Shown here: positions 41,315 through 64,000 of the stretch, one piece after another
How positions within the stretch are numbered: the first letter of the stretch is position 1
How the letters are laid out: the number at the start of each line of letters is the position of its first letter
NCBI GenBank assembly: GCA_033442325.1
Contig: JAWQFM010000011.1
Location: forward strand, 1,402,593-1,466,592
Source: Salpingoeca rosetta
Taxonomy: Eukaryota > Protista > Choanoflagellata
DNA: 64,000 bases
Reading direction: 5' to 3'
The notes under the pieces: model-generated
What the model saw: only the letters and a program-made list of their open reading frames with translations
Told to the model about the DNA's origin: nothing
Database searches by the model: none
Translations under genes and position numbers: made by a program

Positions 41315-42108
41315 CTCACACAGACACAGACACAGACACAGACACAGACACAGACACACTCACGCCCCCTCCCCCTGACGCGCTATACGCAGGCCGGTTG
41401 AAACGCAACAGTGCGGTCACTGGACCTGATACGAAGAAATCAAAGCCCTGGGATCGCATGAACAGCATTGTTGCAAACACGCTGTTGAACATGACAAGCA
41501 GCTCCCGCTTTGCTGGGTCCCTTAATGTCGACGTCAACGAGATCACCACCAACCTGGTGCCGTTCCCCGGCATGCACTTCCTCACCTGCAGCCTGAGCCC
41601 CCTGTATGACTTGGCGGATGTGCGCGTGCCCCCGCGTCGTCTCGATCAGATGTTCTCAGACGCGTTTGACCCGTCCTTCCAGCTGGCAAAGTGCCACCCG
41701 CGCAAGGGCATCCTCACGGCGTGTGCGCTGATGGTGCGCGGGAACGTGGAAGTGTCTGACATCCGCCGCAACATCGACCGCGTGAAATCAAAGCTCCACT
41801 TTGTCAAGTGGAACCAGGAGGGGTGGAAGACGGGTCTGTGTGCGCAGCCACCCGTTGGGCAGCGCCACGCCCTCCTGTGCATGGCAAACAACACGTGCCT
41901 GCACGAAACCTTCTCCAACGTGCGCTCACGCTTCCTCCAGCTGTATCGCAAGCGGGCATTTCGACACCACTACACGACACACGGCATGGACGAGGATCGG
42001 TTTACCGCCGCGCTCGCCTCGCTTGACCATCTGCTTTCGCTTTACAGTGATGTGGAGGCCACCAGCGACTCGGAGCCACAGCAGCTACCAGATATCGATG
42101 TGTTGTAG
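40193..42108 (+). CDS. TUBE1: Epsilon-tubulin
   Basis: MTQSVVLQIGQCGNQVG; FFRNVDTR; ARAVLIDMEEGVVNE; SGSGNNWAVG; HSMGGGTGSGLG; DDDVITSPYNS; WNQEGWKTGLC. Exons 40193-40741, 40983-41118 and 41393-42108. Confidence 0.95.
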
Positions 42109-42279
42109 GACACTCGGTGCAGCTTGGTCGTACTCAGGGCTTGCGCATCTTGTGCGTGCGTGCGTGCGTGCACGGGTGGTTTGGGACGATGCTGAATGAG
42201 TGGGCTGTCCACACCGTGAGTTTAATGGAGCATGGGTCTTTGCACTTGGCAAATGTACAGTACGATCTAATAGAACCAG

Positions 42280-56966
<14,687 letters not shown>

Positions 56967-57897
56967 TGTACCTTTGGTGTCTGCGCGAGTATGTATGCGT
57001 GTGCGTGTGCGTGACACAAGATGGCGTTTGTCGTTTTGGTTGGTGATGCGCAGTGGTTGTGGGTGGCGTGTGCAGATGCCAGTGAGAAGATTCTACAAAC
57101 GCCAGTGACGAGCAGCGTGCATGCGTGCACGCAAGCTGAAGAAGAGCAGCGTGCACTGGTTCTCTCTCCCTGTCGACCTTCAAGCACGATTCAAACAAGC
57201 AGCTCCAGTCACCAATTCATCGACAAGAGGGAAAATGCAACGAACTACAGCACAACAAGACATGTCACGGAGCGGCAGCGCATACCAGCAGCACTGGGCT
57301 GAGCCTCGTCGAGTCTTTGTGCGCCCCGAGCACACAGACACAACAGGCGTTGTGTTGTGTTGTGGTGTGTTTGGCGCTTTCGCTTCTTGCCTTCCTCTGC
57401 CTTGTTGCTTGCTCACTTGCAGTTGTCCGCAGCAGTTTGGCGGCCAGATGATTATTCGATATCATTCGTGATATTTCCGGAAGCTCTCCAACACCACATT
57501 TCCCACACGCACAGTCGAGCGCAGACATTCGCGTGGAGGAGTTGTCTTGTGTGTGTGTATGTGTGCAACAACTGCTGTCCGACACACCCACACTCGTGCT
57601 TGCTGCGGACTCCTTCTTTTTGTTTGTTTGGTTGGTTGATGTGTTTGCTTGTGTTTGTGCTCGTGGACCAAACACACACACACAAACAACCCAAACAACC
57701 CAAACACACACACACACAAAATCACACTCCGCAAGTCGCAATTTGTTTGTTTTGCTTTGTTGCCACCGCCAGTGTTGGTGTGTGTGTGTTGTGCACGCCA
57801 GGCAACGCCTCCAGCGTACACGTTTTGCAGTCCTTTTGTGGACGGACAGCCGCCCACAGCTCCCTCCCTTCCCCCCACCTGCCAACCAATCCGCCTC

Positions 57898-60800
57898 ATG
57901 CTGCGTTGCGTGGGGCTTGCCGTGGCCGCGGTGGCATTGGTACTGGCCACGGTTGCCGTTGGCCCCGCCCACGCTTCGCACACCCAGGAAAACAACACCT
58001 TGTTCAGCTTCCCCATCAGCGGAAACGAACCAGACATCGCATACTACTGGAACGCGGTGCAGGTGCTGACGAAGACAGACAAGAGGCTTGTTGATGTGGC
58101 GTCTGCGCGCCTGTACATTGAGATTGACAATGTGACGTACTCCCGATCCGTGATGCTGCATGGCGGCGACTCTCGCTTCAAGCGCGAGCTAACGCCAGAG
58201 ACGTGGGAGCTGGATCGCACGCGCCCGCCCACGTGGAAGAAGTGCCAAGACGGGCCCAGGGCCATCGGCGGCACGCTGCATCACGTCACGTACTTTGTCA
58301 ACGACACATCCACGGTTGTGCTCACCCGCCGTCGCACCAGCGGGCCAAACGCCCGCATGGAGGTGTGGGTGTACCACGACTGCAAGTGGTACGACGTCAC
58401 CAGCAGGTACACGCCCACCGTCGACGCAGCCTTCTTTCCCGCCACCGTGCAGTATTCACAGACGGATGGGAACGGGCCTCTCCTGGACGTGGTCGCCATG
58501 TACGGTGAGTCTCAGACGTGTGTTTCTGTTGCTGTGTGTATGTGCTCTGTGTGCTGTGCTTCGCTGTGTGTGTGTGTATAGCAACATCACTTTCTGTTTG
58601 CAGTGTTGATTTTCTTCTTGCCACACACACGTACTCACACCATCCCACACACACTGTCACACACGCACACGCGCGCGCACACACGCACACATACACGTGC
58701 GCCATGTGCAGGCGGGTGCGCGCACCGCGTGTTCCAGGCCGAGACGTCCCTGCGCGACCGCTGTGTCCGCTTCAACACAGGCAACAACTTCACCCTCTTC
58801 AACGTGCGCGCGGTGGTGTACGACTGGGCCGGTGTGCCGCGGCCACCGGAGCTTGCAGGCGACATCTTCAAGCACGTGCCCATTGCGCCCACTGCCGGCG
58901 GCGGACTTGCCCCATCGGGAAGGCGCGTGTCCGGAACAACCATCCACAACGGTTTCATCTGGTTCTTTGGCGGCGAGAGCGAGGGCGGCGTGCACCACTG
59001 CGACCTGTGGCGCATCAACATTGCCGGGTGGGAAGGCCAGACTTGGCAAACCATCCAGACCGTTCCCCTGCAGTGGGAGCTCGTGCAGTCGTGCGACGCA
59101 CACAGCGTCATGCTCTCCTTCAGCAACATTGGCAACACCGTCATGACGGGCCTGGGCAAGTTTGTGTACATGCTTGGCTCGGCCAACCTGCCCAAGACCA
59201 ACGGGCCCCTGATTGTTCTGGCGTGGGATACTGAGGAGGAGCGCTTCATCGTCGTTGCGTCGGAGAATGTGCAGCGACCCGCCTGGCCCGTCGACTTTTC
59301 CCACCTCAACGTCCCAAGAGGTCTGTTGCGGTCTGGTGTTATGCTAGTGTGTGTGTGTGTGTGCTTTTGTGTCGTGTGTGTGTGTGTGTGTGCTTTTGTG
59401 TCGTGTGTGTGTGTGTGCTTTTGTGTCGTGTGTGCTTTTGTGTGTGTGTGTGTGCTTTTGTGTTGTGTGTCCTTTTGTGTGTGTGTGTGTGTGCTTGCGT
59501 GTTGATCTTGTCGTTGCACTAGAGGGCGTGTTGTTTTGCGCGTTTTTGTGTGGACTGTTGCGCGCAACCCCTCTCCAGTCTCTTTTCTCCCAAACGCAAC
59601 CACTCACCCACCCCTCCCCTCTCCCCAACCTCTCTCCCCAAATTACCCTCTTCCTTCTTCCCTTCCCCCGTCTTCCCTTCCCCCTTCCCCATCCCCAACA
59701 CCCCAGGTGCCTTTGCATCGCTGATCACGGAGCGCGCAACAGGCATGTTGTTTGGAGATTTTTCGGGCCTGCGCACGGGCCTGCACAACCCCGTGTGGGA
59801 GTTCACCACGTTTATGAACGACGACGACCCAGACATGCTGTTTGTGCCCGTGCCCAACATCAACCGGCCCACGCCAAAGGTCGGCCACACCTTCAACCGC
59901 CTGCCCTCCCAGGACCTGATCATTTTTGGTGGCTCTGACGGGCGCATCACAAACGAGGCATGGCTGTTCAACCTCAACCCAGAAGAGGCACAATGGACCT
60001 ATCTTCCACCCGTTCCCAAACGCGAGCAGCCAGATCCCCGCATGTACCACGCAGCCGCCATTGTCGGCAACGGCCTGGTTGTCTTTGGCGGAACAGATGC
60101 CCTCGAAACGGCGACGTTTAGCGATTTCTGGTTCCTGCGCGTCACGCCCGAGCGCAAGGCCCTGTGGACACAGCTGCAGCCCATGTCGGACTCGCACAGC
60201 TGGAACGGCACGGCGGGCGCATCGTACACGTGCCGCACCGCCACGACCACCATTGGCCCACCGCCGGGCCACGAGCGGGAGGTGCGCTGCTTCTCGTTTG
60301 GCGGCCAGCGCGACGGCGTCCCCACCAGTGAGCTCTTCTCCTTCCAGTTTTTCCAACCCCTGGACAACCTTGACGCAATCCCGCTCGTGCGTGTGCGTGA
60401 GGGCGTGTTCTCCATCAACCCGCGCAACGCCACCACCACCAGCAGCGGCAGCAGCAAGAGCGCTGGGGATGGCAGCGATGGTCTGCCGCCCGCGCGTGTG
60501 CACGGGATGGTGATGCGTGACTCACAGCAGGCGCGGTTTGTCATGCTCGGTGGGCGCAAGCGGCTGGACGAGAACGCACGCGAGCACGTGCTGGAGGACA
60601 TCTGGCTGTTTGAGGTGGGCAGCGTGCGGCTGGATGACCAGGGCCGCTTCATTGCCACGGTAACCAACATGACGCGCCGGCAGATCCTCGACGCCAACGC
60701 CCAGGACGCCGAGTCGTACGTGCCGCCGCCCCCGGGCCAGTACGACATCCTGTGCCCCATCAGCGCCAACACGACCACGTCGCCGTGCGAGTCCAACCCC

Positions 60801-62909
60801 AACATCTTCTTCCAGCTGGCGTGCTACATGCCCACGAGCCCCGAGGACCTCAAGTGGATGTTCTACGGCGGCCGCCACAACACGCAGCTCTCAGACGCCG
60901 TGTGGGAGTTTGACTTTGAGCTGTTCCGCTTCACCCAGCTGGAGGTGCGCACGGGCGCGGGCGTCAACGAGCAGGACGAGGCTGCGCGGTGGGGCCACAC
61001 GTGCTTCTTCCACGCCGACCACATCATCGCCTTTGGCGGCATTGGCAGCAACAACAACTACCTCGGCTCCATCGTCGCCTTGCAGCCGGAGTGCAACCCC
61101 GGCTGGCAGTACGAGGGCGACAGCTTTGCCACGTCCAGCTGCATCCCCTGTCGCGGGGAGTACTTCTTCCAGGGCGGGCAGTGCCGCGCGTGCCCGCACG
61201 ACACCATCAACGAGGGCCGCATGCTCCTCTCCAGCACATGCACCCTGTGCGCCAAGCGCCAGCAGGACCGCTGCCACGGCGAGTGCCAGGTGCAGTTTGA
61301 GCGGCCCACGTGCGTGTGCTCGGGCCTGCGCTTTGGCGAGCGCTGCCAGTACCCGGTTGTTCCGGTCATCCTGCTGCCCGTGCTGGCTGCGGTTGCCATT
61401 GGCCACCTCATCTTTGTGCTGTCGCGGCGCCACCGGCGCATGGCTGCCAAGAACGAGGTGTTGGAGGCGCTGCTCGACGGCGTGAACGAGGAGCTCGCCT
61501 CGCTGGAGAAGGTGTTTGAGATTGACATGCAGGACATCCACCTGATCAAGCGCATCGACTCCGACACGCCCGGGGCCATGGGCGATGTGTACAAGGCCAA
61601 GTACAACGGCAAGGTGGTGGCGGTGAAGAAGCTCAAGGCCATCCTTGTGGAGGACGGGGAGGACAACAGCTCGCTGCGGGAGTTTCAAGAGGAGACGCTC
61701 TTCCTCCGCGGTATCCGCCACGCCAACATTGTCTTCTTCTACGGTGCCGGCGTCGACGCCTCTGGTGTTCCCTTTCTCGTCACGGACTTTTGCGAGCGGG
61801 GCAGCTTGTCGTCCATCATCAACAACAGCGACGCTGCCCTGCCGCTTGGCCGCAAGTTTGGCTTCCTGCTCGATGCCGCGCGTGGCATGGCGTTTCTTCA
61901 CGGTCTGCACCCGCCCCGCGTGCACGGCGACCTGAAGAGCGCAAACCTGCTCGTCACGTGGGACTGGACAGTACAGATTGCAGACTTTGGCACCAGCTGC
62001 CTGTGCGACCATCTGGAGGAGAAGGCGAGCTCCAACCGCAACTCGATGCGCGCGCGCACGGGATCGGAGACGCACAAGGCCGGCGACGAGTGGCAGGCGG
62101 ACATTGGGGCGCTGGGGTCCACCCCGCGCTGGGCGGCCCCAGAGGTGCTGGCACGAGACGTGTTCCTGCTGGCGTCGGACGTGTACTCGTACGGCATGGT
62201 GGTGTACGAGCTTGAGGCGCGCCACATGCCGTTTGTCGACGTGCGCTTCAACAACGAGGTGGAGAACCTCGTGCTGCAGGGTGTGCGCCCCGCCGTCCCG
62301 GACACGGCGCACCCGGTCCTGGCCAAGCTGATGCAGGCGTGCTGGCAGCAGACGGCGACAGAGCGCCCGTCGTTTGCGCGGGTGTACGAGCAGCTGGAGG
62401 AAGCCGCGGCCTCCATCCCTGACGCAAGACGCTCTGTGTCACGGCGGAGGTCCACCGCAAGCTCGCCTGGGTCTGGCCGGAGCAAGAGCGTCCTGCGCCA
62501 CCGATCGCAGGGGGCGTCGAGCCTGCTGTCCTCCGTGGCGAGGCGCGTGCGTGCAAGCACGGTTGGGCGCGCGGTGGGCCGAGCCACGTCATCAAGCAGC
62601 AGCTACGAGCGGCTCACAAGCATGAGCGAAGTGTCATTACCGCTGACAACGCACCATGAGCGCAACCGCAGTGGTGGTCATGGTGGCAGCGAGCAACACG
62701 ACGATACTGGGCTGAATGGCACCTCCTCTGTCGGCGATGGCACGGAGGATGCAACGGAACTGCACATGCCAACAACCCACCAGCGACGTAATGATGGTGA
62801 TGATGGTGATGATGGTGATGATGGTGATGATGGTGACGGTGGTGATGGTGGTGGAGGTGATACCGCGGTAGTTTCTGTTGGCGACTCAACATCCGAATCC
62901 ACGCTTTAG
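57898..62909 (+). CDS. Single-pass receptor kinase: signal peptide, Kelch beta-propeller repeats, Cys-rich (GCC2/ephrin-receptor-like) and EGF-like modules, TM helix, TKL-type kinase
   Basis: Signal peptide MLRCVGLAVAAVALVLATVAVG. Kelch repeats (WFFGG..DLW, IFGG..EAW, PRMYHAA..VFGG..DFW, RWGHT..AFGG). CNPGW..CIPC..CRACP; CVCSGLRFGERC; TM VVPVILLPVLAAVAIGHLIFVL; kinase VAVK, HGDLKSANLL, DFG, TPRWAAPE, DVYSYG. Exons 57898-58504, 58712-about 59320 and 59707-62909. Confidence 0.9.
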
Positions 62910-63289
62910 TTTAGCGACACGCCTCGTGTCATGGGGGAATTGTTAAGGGGGGGGGGGAAGTGAGAGACGAGAGATGTATTGTTTGAAAGGAGAAGGGGGT
63001 AGGGGTGCGTTTGCGTTTGTTTTGCTGTTTGGTTGGCGTTGGTTCAGTGGGCGTTGATCCGAGTTGAGAAGGTTATGGTGGTGGTGGTGGTGGTGGTGGT
63101 GGTGGTGGTGGTGGTGGTGGTGGTGGTGGTGGTTATGGTGGCTGCTGTGTTTGGTGTTGCGGCCTGTGCCTCTTTCCTCTCATTCATTTTCAGCGTTTGC
63201 GCTGCTTGCGAGAGCATCTGTTTAAACGATTATGCATCACGGATTGAAGCTGGTTCAACATTGCCATGTTGGCAGACAGCGAAGCGGAT

Positions 63290-63841
63290 TTACTTGCTGG
63301 CTTCGACCTTGCTCCACAACATGGCACCCAGTACAACTGCACGTGGCGTGGTTGTAATTCGCGGTGGTGGTAGTGGTGTGGTGGTGGTGTAAGCGGTAGT
63401 GGTGATAAAGCAAAGGTGCAGGCGAATTGAGCGAGAGAAAAGTTGGCGTGGAAACTGATCTGTGTCGATGGAAGGGGAAGGGGGCGCAAAGAGCACCAAA
63501 CACGCACACATATACACACATGCCACATCTTACCTGCGAGGAGGAAGCGGGCGAGGAGGGGATATACCTGAGAGTCGCAAGCCTGCAGCAGCAGCCTGAC
63601 AGCGTTTGTGCATGCAGCACAGCAGGTTAAGTGCATACACTGAGTGTGATGTCACGTTTGGCCGAGTGGTGATGGACAAGAAACAATAGGCTCCTTCCTG
63701 TAAACACTCTCATATACAAAACACACGCACGCGCATACACGCACACACAGCACGAAGAAGCACTCACTTGTTGATGGGAAGCTGCAACGAAGAAGCAATG
63801 AGGGCAGACCACACGAGGGCGCGGTCGCTCATTGGCTTCTC
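63290..63841 (-). CDS. 3' end of a multi-pass membrane protein, possibly TMEM147-like; continues beyond the window
   Basis: Three phase-consistent exons give EKPMSDRALVWSALIASSLQLPINK/LLLQACDSQVYPLLARFLLA/VVLGAMLWSKVEASK*. The spacing of R, C and LLAR resembles the TMEM147 C-terminus as I recall it. Confidence 0.45.
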
Positions 63842-64000
63842 CTGAGGCCAGCAAGTGCACGTGCACCAACGTGTGCGTATGTGTATGTGTTTGTTTGTGT
63901 GTGTGTGTGTGTGTATGTGTTTGTTTGTGTGTGTGTGTGTGTGTGTGTATGTGTGTGTATGTTGTTTGTTGTGTGTGTGTGTGTTGTTGTGTGTGTGTGT

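Noticed and set aside
61560-62400. Calling the kinase a receptor tyrosine kinase
   Set aside because: The catalytic loop is DLKSAN, not DLAARN/DLRAAN.

Overview
Eukaryotic, gene-dense, intron-rich genomic DNA whose introns are packed with CA/TG-type microsatellites. The style and gene set fit a choanoflagellate such as Salpingoeca rosetta (inference; not verified by search). Most ORF-track entries are microsatellite read-through, so genes were assembled by hand from GT-AG exons. In order: the 3' end of a TauE/SafE-family transporter (+); SPATA17-like IQ protein (+); an aldehyde-oxidase-type molybdo-flavoenzyme (-) with an apparent N-terminal CxxC-CxxC zinc ribbon; RAD51D (+, divergent, 112 bp between ATGs); an unknown single-pass Ser/Arg-rich protein (+); RPL4 (-); a DEPDC1-like DEP-RhoGAP (-) with a tandemly duplicated in-frame exon; WDR75/UTP17 (+); epsilon-tubulin (+); a CHD3/4/5-like PHD-chromo-SNF2 remodeler (-); a Kelch/Cys-rich/EGF receptor with a non-RD TKL kinase (+); and the 3' end of a membrane protein, possibly TMEM147 (-). 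There is one assembly gap. Leading findings: (1) many introns carry mutually complementary UG- and CA-repeat arms and lack a polypyrimidine tract, suggesting structure-assisted splicing; (2) the zinc-ribbon aldehyde oxidase; (3) the Kelch non-RD receptor kinase; (4) the duplicated exon; (5) candidate cis-elements, including a recurring CTGAAATCAG palindrome at head-to-tail gene junctions.
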